Source: Candidatus Moraniibacteriota bacterium
Lineage (GTDB): Bacteria > Patescibacteriota > Minisyncoccia > Moranbacterales > GCA-2747515
Reading direction: 5' to 3'
DNA length: 64,000 nucleotides
Assembly: GCA_016699795.1 (NCBI GenBank)
Contig: CP065011.1
Location: 1,075,449 to 1,139,448, forward strand
A program made the translations under genes and the position numbers. Below are positions 38,775 to 48,390 of this stretch, one piece after another. A model generated the notes under the pieces. The model saw only the letters and a program-made list of their open reading frames with translations, had not been told where the DNA came from and ran no database searches. The first letter of the stretch is position 1. Each line of letters starts with the position of its first letter.

Positions 38775-38885
38775 ATCCTACTCCTGCCTCAAGCCAAAAT
38801 CAAGGAAAAAAAGCTGTTTTTTCCCTCTTATATTTTTTATTTTAAAAATGAAAGAAAAAGCTTAGCTCCACTTCTTATTTTTTCA
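38775..38885. repeat. ~111-bp direct repeat, copy 2 (partner at 36315..36425)
   Basis: See copy 1. This copy includes the last codons (LKK-stop) of the FHA-domain gene 38875..40914. Confidence 0.85.
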
Positions 38886-40914
38886 GTGACATCCTTCTCT
38901 TTATTTCGGGGAAAAACCCATAGTCTTTTCGAAAGTTAAAAGCGGGATTTTGAGGATCAACTTGATATTTTAAACATACTCTAGAAAATACCGAATCGAA
39001 ATTAAAATTTGGATCAGTCATTGCATGACGAAAGTTTCTCGCTTCCATAAAAACTTCAGCAAGAATTTTAGTACGTATAGTTCCAAACGATTCATTTCGA
39101 AACAATGGCTCCTCCGCAAATCCAACTCCCAACATTTTTTCGTTTCGTTGATTTTTTACTTCAACAGTAAAACGAGGAACGCCCGTTTCATCGAATCCCT
39201 CTATATTATTTTTGTGTAAATTTTCCAAAATCTGTAAGACTTTTTGTTCTTCTTCGGCATCAAAATAAATCACCATTTTATCAAAACGATTAAATGCCTT
39301 TGCATTTCCGTACAGAGGAATTTTCATTTGACTATGCAAACCGCTCTCATGAAATGCCTCAACTGTCTTAGAAAAAATTTGTTTAACATATTCTGGCTTT
39401 AAATTAAAATAAAGTCTTCCAAGAGAACTCTGATTACGAAAACCTCCATTTACATTACAATAAAGCCAATATCCATTATCTCCGATCATTACCCCCTTCC
39501 CCTTTTGAGATTCTTCCTTTAAATTCTCTCTCATTTTTTTAATTTGAGTAGAATATTCCCATGCCCACCGCTGAACAGTTGCATCATTTTCTTTATATCT
39601 GGGATTATCAATGTTTTTATTATAAAAATCATGATAAAAAAGCTCATCTAAATCACGCCCTTGTTGCAAATCTCTTTCAATTTCCAATTCATGTTTTTTG
39701 GTAAACTCAAAAAATTTTTCGATAGCGAGTTCTTTTTCAGAACTAGATTTTTGAATCTCAATTTGTTCTTTATTTAATCGCCTCGGCCTTTCTACTTGTA
39801 ACGTAGTCCCATTCATAGAGCCTACATCTTCTATAAGCAATTTCTCATCTCGCAACTCTATTCTAAGATGAGCGCGCGAAACAGTATCGGGAAATTGAAA
39901 CCGAAACGCATTATTTCTACCAATAGTAAAGGGTTCGTTTTTTCTAATTCCTTTGTAGCCCATTCTCGGATTTTCTTGATCAAACGTCGCAGGATCAATA
40001 AGAAGATAATCAGCATTCCAACGCAAATCGTTTCGCACATCAATAATTTGCAAGTATTTATTGGCAAGATATACATCAATAGGTATTCCCGAATATTCAA
40101 TTTCTTTCTCTGATCCTTTTAAATTAAACCGCTCTGACAAAATTTCTTTTCCGGAAGTTCCTATTTCCTCTTGTAGCTCTTCTAAAGCTAAGCCGGATTT
40201 TTCTTTAATTCTTTTGACAGCATTTTCAATATCCGAATCAGCACTCTCCGGAAATGCTTGTTTCCAAATTTCAAAAAATGTTTCTTTTATTTGAATTATT
40301 CTTCTTGCTTCATCAGGAGTAAATTCTTGATTCATTGCTGAGAGAATATTCTTCTTTACATAATCTCGCTGAGTTGCTGAAATAGTATGGGGATCTGCTT
40401 TTCTTATCGAAGTAGCAAGGTTTCCGAAAATTCTTATTTTATTTTCTTCAGAAGATGTAGCACCAAATTTCTCATATATTGGACCCAATGCATTTATAAT
40501 GCCAGAAACAGCTTCTCTTTTATACTGTACTTTTTTTTCTTGAACAATTTGATTATATTGTTCTTGTGTCCATCCTTTTTGAAAAAAAACTCCTATTTGT
40601 TCATCGACAACTTCACACAAATCAGTCTGCATATCTTCAATGATTGGATATTTTTTTCGTAATGATTCTACAAAATGATCCACATTGAGTGCATATAGAT
40701 CTTCTTGATTTGGAAAATAACCACGCTCCACCAAAGTCAAAAGCCTTAACGCTCTTTCATTTATTTTTATTGTCTCCACAGCTTTAGTAAAGAAGTCTTT
40801 TTCTGATACAGCTTGTGATTCTGATAAAGTAGAATTAGGCTTCTCGATAAATTCCGAAGAAGATGGGTTTTGAAATTGTTTTATTCTTTCTTCCATATTC
40901 TCTATATTACACAA
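38875..40914 (-). CDS. large FHA-domain protein of unknown function
   Basis: The central FTIGRNNAFRFQFPDTVSRAHLRIELRDEKLLIEDVGSMNGTTLQ is a canonical FHA pattern (G-R...S/T..H......D.GS.NGT). The rest is an ~330-aa helical N-terminus and a ~250-aa uncharacterised C-terminal domain. Confidence 0.55.
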   Translation of the reverse strand: MCNIENMEERIKQFQNPSSSEFIEKPNSTLSESQAVSEKDFFTKAVETIKINERALRLLTLVERGYFPNQEDLYALNVDHFVESLRKKYPIIEDMQTDLCEVVDEQIGVFFQKGWTQEQYNQIVQEKKVQYKREAVSGIINALGPIYEKFGATSSEENKIRIFGNLATSIRKADPHTISATQRDYVKKNILSAMNQEFTPDEARRIIQIKETFFEIWKQAFPESADSDIENAVKRIKEKSGLALEELQEEIGTSGKEILSERFNLKGSEKEIEYSGIPIDVYLANKYLQIIDVRNDLRWNADYLLIDPATFDQENPRMGYKGIRKNEPFTIGRNNAFRFQFPDTVSRAHLRIELRDEKLLIEDVGSMNGTTLQVERPRRLNKEQIEIQKSSSEKELAIEKFFEFTKKHELEIERDLQQGRDLDELFYHDFYNKNIDNPRYKENDATVQRWAWEYSTQIKKMRENLKEESQKGKGVMIGDNGYWLYCNVNGGFRNQSSLGRLYFNLKPEYVKQIFSKTVEAFHESGLHSQMKIPLYGNAKAFNRFDKMVIYFDAEEEQKVLQILENLHKNNIEGFDETGVPRFTVEVKNQRNEKMLGVGFAEEPLFRNESFGTIRTKILAEVFMEARNFRHAMTDPNFNFDSVFSRVCLKYQVDPQNPAFNFRKDYGFFPEIKRRMSLKK

Positions 40915-41031
40915 TTTTTTAATTTATCATACGTCCACATAAACATTTCAAATTACCTCTTTAGTTTTTTGCTCATAAATATCAATCAGTTTTTGGCAAT
41001 ATTTACATACTCTTTCTTCTCTCCCCTCATT

Positions 41032-41805
41032 CTATCGTTTTACGCTATCCCAATTAAATTTCCAAGGATCGGTTTTTCGTTCAGGAGCAATATCAGCATG
41101 ACCTACTATGTTTTTTATCTTATAACGACTTTTGATATCAGAAATAAGCGCATTGAGAGCACTATATTGTTGAGCATCAAAACCACTTTCTTTTGTTCCC
41201 ATAAGTTCAATACCAATCGAAAAATCATTTACATTTTTTCGCCCATCTGGAAGTTTTGATACTCCCGCATGATAGGCGATATTTTTCTCTTCTATAAGGC
41301 GATAAACCCCGCCTCGTCTGTCGATAAGATAATGAGCTCCAACTCCGTAATCTTTATATTGTTGTATAATCTTTTCCCGATCATATACATCACCTCCCGA
41401 AGCATTATACGAAGAGTGAATAACGATAGTATCGATATTTCGCAATTGTTCAGGCGTATGATAACCGAAAGAAAGTAATGTTTCTTTTATTTCAAGAGAT
41501 GTTTCTTTTTTCTCTTTTGAAATTGGTTTTTCTTGTTTTGGAAGAATTTTTTCTTTTTGCGTATCATTCAAAACCTCTGGAGAATTTTCTTTTTCCAAAG
41601 AATCTTTTTCTGAAGACAAAGGAAGTTCGGATACGTTTTCTTGAGGAATACTTTCTTGATATGTCTCCTCTTGATGAAAAGAAGGTGAATCGGAAGGTAA
41701 AGAATTTTGAAAAGATTCTTGTTTTTCTCCTCCCACAAAAAAGAAAAAGAGAGCAAAAAAAAGACATACCAAGAAAATACTTCCATACACGATGAAGTGA
41801 TACAT
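41032..41805 (-). CDS. N-acetylmuramoyl-L-alanine amidase (Amidase_2/PGRP fold), membrane-anchored
   Basis: IVIHSS...YHAGVS...NDFSIGIEL.G...F...Q...L..LI.....YKIKNIVGHADIAPERKTDPWKFNW carries the Amidase_2 Zn ligands and the GH.DIAP.RK.DPG pattern. N-terminal TM helix plus a low-complexity linker. Confidence 0.75.
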   Translation of the reverse strand: MYHFIVYGSIFLVCLFFALFFFFVGGEKQESFQNSLPSDSPSFHQEETYQESIPQENVSELPLSSEKDSLEKENSPEVLNDTQKEKILPKQEKPISKEKKETSLEIKETLLSFGYHTPEQLRNIDTIVIHSSYNASGGDVYDREKIIQQYKDYGVGAHYLIDRRGGVYRLIEEKNIAYHAGVSKLPDGRKNVNDFSIGIELMGTKESGFDAQQYSALNALISDIKSRYKIKNIVGHADIAPERKTDPWKFNWDSVKR

Positions 41806-41929
41806 ATTTTATTTTCTTATGAAAAAATTTCCATCATCCCTACCTCTTTCTAGTATAGAAGAAAAAGCCTCTCCTGTAGAGAGTCTCTTTTCTTTCTTCC
41901 ATTTTGTATATAAAAAAGTTTTTCACTTT

Positions 41930-42994
41930 TTACTTTAAACCTATTCGCTTAAAAAGATTTTCATATTCACACACCATACGATCTATTGAAAATCGTTTTT
42001 CTATTGTTTCTCGACATTTTTTTGTTGAAATTATTTCTATTTTTTTTACAGCTTCTACCATTTGATCGACGGTATCTACAATAAATCCATTGATCGTGTC
42101 CTGAATTATTTCTGATACAGAACCCCGCCTAAAAGCAACAACAGGAGTTCCGCATGCCAGAGCCTCAATCATAACCAATCCGAAAGGCTCTTCCCAAAGA
42201 ATTGGAAAAAGAAGGCATTTTGCTTTTTTCAAATATTCCGTTTTCTCGAAAAAATTTGCCTCTCCGACATACTGAACATATTTTCCATCAATCTCTTTTT
42301 TTACTTCTTTCTCAAAAAAGTCTTTGTCTACAGGATCCACTTTGGCCACAATAATCAAAGGAATTTTAGTTTTTTTGGCAACAAAAATAGCTTCCAAAAT
42401 TCCTTTGAAGGGGGTGATTCTTCCAAGAAACAAAAGATACTCTTCTTTTTTCGCCTCAAATGGAAATTTTTCAATAGGAATAGCATTATAAATAACCTGC
42501 GTGTGGGGAAAAAAAGCTAATGGTTGACGCTGATTCTCACTAATATACACCATCTCATGTCGATAGAGTGATAAAGTTTTTCGATAGTATTCTTCATGGG
42601 CTTGAATATGGGTAGTATTGTGAAAGGTTACTACCAAAGGAACTGTAAAAAAATCTAGAAAATTTATTGTATTTCCCTCAAGAAAAAAGCGAAATACAAT
42701 AGGTTCATAATGGAAATGAATACAATCAAATTCATGTTGTCGACGAAGGACGGTAGCTATTTGATCTAGCTCCCATCTTCTATTTTCTTCTCTATGTTCA
42801 TCGGTTGGATAAGGACTCGTTTCGACACGAGTAATGCCTTCTTGTTTTAGAGTTGAACCTCCACAGCAAAATAAAGTTACCTCATGTCCTTTTTGAGCTA
42901 AACCACGAGCTAGCTCATCAACAATACGTTCGATACCTCCATACTTTTTCGGAGGAACAGGGACCATAACAGGTGAAACAATAGCTATTTTCAT
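41930..42994 (-). CDS. GT4-family glycosyltransferase
   Basis: N-terminal KIAIVSP..VPPKKYGGIERIV and C-terminal EPFGLVMIEALACGTPVVA (the GT4 E-x7-E region). Confidence 0.8.
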   Translation of the reverse strand: MKIAIVSPVMVPVPPKKYGGIERIVDELARGLAQKGHEVTLFCCGGSTLKQEGITRVETSPYPTDEHREENRRWELDQIATVLRRQHEFDCIHFHYEPIVFRFFLEGNTINFLDFFTVPLVVTFHNTTHIQAHEEYYRKTLSLYRHEMVYISENQRQPLAFFPHTQVIYNAIPIEKFPFEAKKEEYLLFLGRITPFKGILEAIFVAKKTKIPLIIVAKVDPVDKDFFEKEVKKEIDGKYVQYVGEANFFEKTEYLKKAKCLLFPILWEEPFGLVMIEALACGTPVVAFRRGSVSEIIQDTINGFIVDTVDQMVEAVKKIEIISTKKCRETIEKRFSIDRMVCEYENLFKRIGLK

Positions 42995-42999
42995 TTATT

Positions 43000-44034
43000 T
43001 TATTCTTTTAATTTTTTATAAACATTTTCATAATTTTTTGCCATAACAGAAATATCAAAATTTTCTTCAGCATCAATCCGACAAGTCTCTCTTGATAACT
43101 CACCAACTTTTTGTAAAGCCTCTTGAAATAATATTTCATTTTCCACAACAAATCCTGTTTTACCATTTTTGAGAACTTCTTTTATCGCTCCATTATTTAA
43201 AGCAACAACAGGAGTTCCGCATGCCAAAGCCTCAATCATAACCAATCCAAAGGCTTCATTCCAACGAGATGGAAACAATAATGCAGAAGCATGCGCAAGT
43301 AAAAAGGATTTTTCTTTATGACCAATTTCTCCAATAAAAGTAATATTCTTTCCGTCGATATAGGGGAAGACCTCTTTTTTCAGAAAAGGAATATCTTCTT
43401 CTCTTATTTCCCCTGCGATTATTAATTGTTTTTTCAATTGATGAGCGGCTCGAACAGCAATATCAATTCCTTTTCTTTCTGAAAGAGTTCCAAGAAAAAG
43501 AAAAGTGTCATTCTTTATTTTTTCAAAATTTGGATGAAACGTTTTCACATCAATTCCATGATATACCGTAGCAACATAATGAAGATCTGGGGAAAGTTTT
43601 CGTTGAGCATTACTAATAGATACAAATGGATATGCTTTGAAAGCTTCTGCCAAACAAGGAAAATCTGGCGGTAAACTGCTGTGCAATGTTGTTACCATCG
43701 GAAGAGACAAGAAGGGTGCGAAAGATAAGGGATGAAATCCCATATGATTATGTATCACATCAAAATCTCCAATACGTTTTGCTATTTCAAAAAAGGAAAG
43801 AAATTCATACTGCTTAATTCCATTCCAATCAAAACCACCAATAAGCTCATACATCGATTTGGGAATAACCGAAACAAGTTTTCCTCGAACATGAGATCCC
43901 CCACAAGCAAAGGTGGTAACATCATGACCCAAATGAGTTAATCCTTTTGCAAGATTAGCTACTATCAATTCAGAACCACCATATTTTTCAGGGGGAACTC
44001 TTTTCCAAAGTGGCGCAAGTAAAGCTATTCTCAT
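43000..44034 (-). CDS. GT4-family glycosyltransferase (paralogue)
   Basis: RIALLAP...PPEKYGGSELIV and EAFGLVMIEALACGTPVVA. Adjacent to the previous GT4 with a 5-bp gap. Confidence 0.8.
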   Translation of the reverse strand: MRIALLAPLWKRVPPEKYGGSELIVANLAKGLTHLGHDVTTFACGGSHVRGKLVSVIPKSMYELIGGFDWNGIKQYEFLSFFEIAKRIGDFDVIHNHMGFHPLSFAPFLSLPMVTTLHSSLPPDFPCLAEAFKAYPFVSISNAQRKLSPDLHYVATVYHGIDVKTFHPNFEKIKNDTFLFLGTLSERKGIDIAVRAAHQLKKQLIIAGEIREEDIPFLKKEVFPYIDGKNITFIGEIGHKEKSFLLAHASALLFPSRWNEAFGLVMIEALACGTPVVALNNGAIKEVLKNGKTGFVVENEILFQEALQKVGELSRETCRIDAEENFDISVMAKNYENVYKKLKE

Positions 44035-44041
44035 ATTTTAT

Positions 44042-45619
44042 TCAGATCTTATTTTTTAGTGTTTCAATGTTTATAAGATAGGGTTCATATTTTTTCTCCA
44101 TAACACGGAGTAATTTTTTAGAATATTCTTTTGTTGAAGCAATTTTCCAATAAACATAAAAAATACAAAATAAAACCATAGCTGCAATAAAAAAAGTTAT
44201 TTGTGTAGTAATTCTTTCTCCTACATAGAAAACCTCTACAATTCCAATCAAAAACCACACACCCAAAACAAGCTCCTTGTAGGTATTTTTGAACAAGCTT
44301 GGCATTTTCAACAATATAAATTTATTTGTTCGTTCAAAAACTGATTTCGTTCGAAAAAGAAATGCCAACCAAGCTTCGGAATAAACTAAAGTCATTCCCA
44401 TGTGAATGAGGAAAGCTCGCCATGAACGTCGTAAAGATTTTTTTTGATTTTTAAGCGATGCCCAAAAAAGAATTCTCTTTGATACTAATGTTATAAGTAA
44501 AGAAAGAGAAGCGATATCAAAAAGGTAACGATGATGTTCAGTTAATGTAATAAAAGGTAAGAGCAAAATAACATACGAAGAAATTACCGCGAAAGGCAAA
44601 AAATTTAAATGGTCCCAAGCAGTAAGATGAAGTAAAAAGCCAAACCAAGATTTAAAAGGAATTTTTCCAAATAAAGAAAATAATTTTATCAAAGATTGTG
44701 CATTACCAAAGGCCCATCGCCATTTTTGATGTTTATACGCCTCAAGATCATAGGGCATTAAACCATAACCCACCAAACGATCCACATAAATACCCCGATA
44801 ACCCGCTTCATACATTCGCAATCCCACATCAGCATCTTCTGTCAACGCTTCTCCCCTAAAACCACATAAAAGTTTTAAAATTTTGGATCTATATACACTA
44901 ATCGTTCCCGTCGAAGGAACACAATCCAAATGATTTGCCATATTCATATAGATACCAAAAAAATGTCGGTATTCATCGGCAATGGGTTGATTCTTCTCGT
45001 TACGATTTCGATAATGCTGAGGAAATTGAACAAGGGCAATGCTTTCTTGTGAAAAATACGAGAGGGCTGTAAGAAGAAAATCTGATTTTACGATATAATC
45101 AGCATCAATAACCGCAATATATTCCGCTTTTTTACTTATTCGTTTTAAAAGATAATTCAACGATCCTGCTTTAAATCCAGAAAGAGGATCGACATGAAAA
45201 AAGTGGAATCTTTCTCCAAGCGTTTGAGAAAAAATCTTTACTGGTTTCCAAATAGCACTATCCTTCGTATTATTGTCTATAATAAGAACCTCAAAATTTT
45301 TGTACTCAAGATGTGCTAATGTATCCAGCGTTTGCATCAAAATAGTTGGCGGCTCATTGTACGCAGGAACAAGAATCGAAACAAACGGCTCTGTCTGCAA
45401 ATTTCTCCTTTCTGGCTTAAAATCAGGAAGAAGTGCAATAATTATCTGAAAAATAGAAAGAAAAAGTCCGAAAAAAAGATTCAATACTATAAAAACCAAA
45501 ACAAATTCAGGTATAAAAATAGAGATTATTATAATGAGAACAAAAAATAATATGATTCCCATATAATAAATGTCTAGTATGTCTAAAAAGCTGATGTGTG
45601 TCGATGAACAAAAAAACAC
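44042..45619 (-). CDS. GT2-family processive glycosyltransferase with integral membrane domains (CesA/NodC-like synthase)
   Basis: VSILVPAYNEPP, DADY (DxD), TEDADVGLR (TED), HQKWRWAFG (QxxRW), and multiple TM helices at both ends. Confidence 0.8.
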   Translation of the reverse strand: MFFCSSTHISFLDILDIYYMGIILFFVLIIIISIFIPEFVLVFIVLNLFFGLFLSIFQIIIALLPDFKPERRNLQTEPFVSILVPAYNEPPTILMQTLDTLAHLEYKNFEVLIIDNNTKDSAIWKPVKIFSQTLGERFHFFHVDPLSGFKAGSLNYLLKRISKKAEYIAVIDADYIVKSDFLLTALSYFSQESIALVQFPQHYRNRNEKNQPIADEYRHFFGIYMNMANHLDCVPSTGTISVYRSKILKLLCGFRGEALTEDADVGLRMYEAGYRGIYVDRLVGYGLMPYDLEAYKHQKWRWAFGNAQSLIKLFSLFGKIPFKSWFGFLLHLTAWDHLNFLPFAVISSYVILLLPFITLTEHHRYLFDIASLSLLITLVSKRILFWASLKNQKKSLRRSWRAFLIHMGMTLVYSEAWLAFLFRTKSVFERTNKFILLKMPSLFKNTYKELVLGVWFLIGIVEVFYVGERITTQITFFIAAMVLFCIFYVYWKIASTKEYSKKLLRVMEKKYEPYLINIETLKNKI

Positions 45620-45787
45620 CCCTCCAAAAAAACGGTGTTATGCAATCTTCTCACATTGATTGTTCATCCTCTTCTAAGAGTCTACCACAGAATACGAAAT
45701 TCTCCTAATATAAAAGAAAAAATATAAATAGCCTCCTCAAAAATTTTAAGCTTTTCAAATAAATTTTACCTACCCTAAGAAGTAAGT

Positions 45788-46711
45788 TTATGTAATTTTT
45801 CTGATCTTATGTATCGTATTTTGAGCCATTGGATCATTTGCATTTAAAATAACCGCTTTCGATAATTTTTCATTTATATACACAATAAGAAAAATTACAG
45901 AAACTACAAATAAATTTTCTGAAAAATATTTATATTCAAAATTCAATAAAAGTAAAGCCACTAAAAGTATAGAAGTTACTATAAATAAAAGTGTGTTGAT
46001 ATTAAGTTTTTGGAAGGATGCTCCTAGTAATAAGAAATGTTCCTTAACTTCTGCTCTCCGACGAGCGATAGCGTGCTCACTTTTATCACTTAGTGGAATA
46101 AACATTATCAAATATATGATAAGAACATAAATATATAATCCAATACTTCCTGCTAAAAAAGTTGTTGCGTAAGATGAATATGCATAATCTTTAGGAGCTA
46201 CCGAAATATAATAAATATTTATAAATGCGGTAAAAATTGAAAGTACTAAATACCAGATACATAAAAATCCTTTTTGAGAATTACTTAAATCTTTTTTAAA
46301 AAACAAAAACAATATACTGATTATTGTGGGGATATAAAAAAATATTGCAAAGAAATGAACATAACCCAAACGAGTAGTTATGTAATAAAGAAAAATTATA
46401 TTTAAAATCAAAAGCGACACTTGATTTACCTTAGGTAATAGCCTTCTTCTAAAACTCATTGCAAACGCTGTACAAAATACGAAAAAAAAGGTGTATATAA
46501 AAACAAATAAAATTTCTGATAAAGTTAATTCTCCCATAGCGCCATCTATTGCAACAAAAAATAATGCAATAGTAGCAAATAGTAAACCGCTACCAATATC
46601 TTTTATCAATTCTTTTATATCCTCTTTTTTAAATTCAGGATGAATGAAAAAATATGATTGAAATATTATACCCAAACCAAAATAAATATTGTAAACAATA
46701 TCAGTCTGCAT
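45788..46711 (-). CDS. hypothetical polytopic membrane protein
   Basis: 307 aa with about 8 TM helices, downstream of the glycosyltransferase cluster. Confidence 0.4.
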   Translation of the reverse strand: MQTDIVYNIYFGLGIIFQSYFFIHPEFKKEDIKELIKDIGSGLLFATIALFFVAIDGAMGELTLSEILFVFIYTFFFVFCTAFAMSFRRRLLPKVNQVSLLILNIIFLYYITTRLGYVHFFAIFFYIPTIISILFLFFKKDLSNSQKGFLCIWYLVLSIFTAFINIYYISVAPKDYAYSSYATTFLAGSIGLYIYVLIIYLIMFIPLSDKSEHAIARRRAEVKEHFLLLGASFQKLNINTLLFIVTSILLVALLLLNFEYKYFSENLFVVSVIFLIVYINEKLSKAVILNANDPMAQNTIHKIRKIT

Positions 46712-47151
46712 ATTTTTATTTTTTTATAAATTCATTCAAAGCAACGCCCAGAGCGATAGTTATTTTCTTAATCATTTCAATTATCAAGGTTAGCTTAATC
46801 CCGTCCTCAATTTTTACAATCATATAGAAAGTAATATTAATTTTTTTTGAAAATATACCCTGAGAAATATCAACTGACACTCCTTTATATTATAATCAAT
46901 TATATCATCCTCCTTTGGCAATATTCGTATAACTATACAAGATGTTAGTTAAAAAAGATAATAATATTATAATTTAATATATACAATTCTCTGGATGGAA
47001 TCAATTTTCTACAATACCTCTCACAAAGTAAAATACAAAATTCAGCGATGACGAAAAAGGAGGGGCAAAAAAATTCGTCCCTCTATATGCGCACACACTA
47101 CCCCATAATTTTTTTAAAATAGAGAAGGATTTAAAACAATAAAAACACTAT

Positions 47152-47228
47152 TGGTGGGCGATCCAAGACTCGAACTTGGGACCTCGTCATTATCAGTGAC
47201 GCGCTCTAACCATCTGAGCTAATCGCCC
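47152..47228 (-). tRNA. tRNA-Ile (anticodon GAU), CCA encoded
   Basis: The reverse complement GGGCGATTAGCTCAGATGGTTAGAGCGCGTCACTGATAATGACGAGGTCCCAAGTTCGAGTCTTGGATCGCCCACCA folds as a perfect cloverleaf (7-bp acceptor, GCTC/GAGC D-stem, CGTCA/TGACG anticodon stem with loop CTGATAA, CCAAG/CTTGG T-stem). Confidence 0.9.
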
Positions 47229-47303
47229 AAAAAAACAACACGTAAAAAGGATACCTCACGAAAAAAAATGCGTCAACCCTATGGAAAAAACTCCTATTTA
47301 AAC

Positions 47304-48176
47304 CTATTCCTTCCCTACTATATAATGTGAGGCAATTTCTTTCAAGTGCTCCGGGTTATAATACCGTTCAAAAAGAGGCTCTTTATCTTCCTCATACACG
47401 CCCAATCCCTCAGAAAACGTTTTTTCTTTTTTCGGATTTACATACAAAACACCAAGTGGATATTTCTCATCTTCCCAGGCTTTCTGAATAGCAGCTACCC
47501 TATCAGTCGGATCATAGTCTTCTGGCAAAATATAGGAATGTTCCTTATACCAGTTATATGTATTTAGCTTATTAAAAACAACACATGGTTGGAAAATATC
47601 CAAAAGAGCAAAACCTTTATGAGTAACTGCCCTCTTTATCATTTCTTTGGTATGCATAAGATTTCCGATATTGGCACGAGCTACAAAACTTGCTCCCAAA
47701 GCAATAGCGACTGCCATAGGATTGAAAGGTTCTTGCCACACACCCTCGACCTGAATCGGAGTTTTCATTCCTTTGAGCGTTGTAGGTGATGCTTGTCCTT
47801 TGGTAAGTCCATAAATCATATTATTATGAACAATAACAGCGATATCAGGATTTCTTCGAATAGCATGAATAAAATGATTTCCTCCTTCGCCATAAATATC
47901 CCCATCTCCTGATTCTGCGATTACAGTAAGATTAGGGTTTGAAGCTTTTATCCCTTCAGCAACAGGAAGTGCTCGCCCATGAAGTCCATTGAAATAATGT
48001 GATTTGATATATTGAGGTGTTTTTGCTGCCTGACCAATACCCGAAGAAAGTACTGTTTTCTTCGGATCAATTCCAAGCTCATCAAGAGCCATTTTTACCG
48101 CGCTAAGAATACCGAAGTTCCCACAAGCAGGACACCAGGCAATATCAACTTTATGATCAAGATCAAATGATTTCAT
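47304..48176 (-). CDS. 2-oxoacid:ferredoxin oxidoreductase beta subunit (TPP-binding)
   Basis: WCPACGNFGIL and SGDGD (TPP/Mg binding GDG-x-N). 290 aa. No alpha subunit is adjacent. Confidence 0.75.
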   Translation of the reverse strand: MKSFDLDHKVDIAWCPACGNFGILSAVKMALDELGIDPKKTVLSSGIGQAAKTPQYIKSHYFNGLHGRALPVAEGIKASNPNLTVIAESGDGDIYGEGGNHFIHAIRRNPDIAVIVHNNMIYGLTKGQASPTTLKGMKTPIQVEGVWQEPFNPMAVAIALGASFVARANIGNLMHTKEMIKRAVTHKGFALLDIFQPCVVFNKLNTYNWYKEHSYILPEDYDPTDRVAAIQKAWEDEKYPLGVLYVNPKKEKTFSEGLGVYEEDKEPLFERYYNPEHLKEIASHYIVGKE

Positions 48177-48390
48177 ATATGCAAATTTTTATGAGACCAT
48201 TGCTAATCTCCTTTCGTATATGAAATTTTCAAATTTTTATCGAATTTGCAACGAAAATTTGAAAATTGCAATAGAAAATGGAGGTTAGTAATAGTTCTTT
48301 TATATTTTTTCACTTCTCTCTCGTGTGTTTGCATCTTTTCTCTTCCTTTCTTGTTTCAAGATGCGTCTTCTCTAAACTATTGTAAGTTTA

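Noticed and set aside
46712-47151. Possible sRNA or regulatory element in the 440-bp AT-rich spacer upstream of tRNA-Ile
   Set aside because: Only weak, AT-rich hairpins were seen, with no GC-clamped stem or terminator. There is insufficient signal to call.
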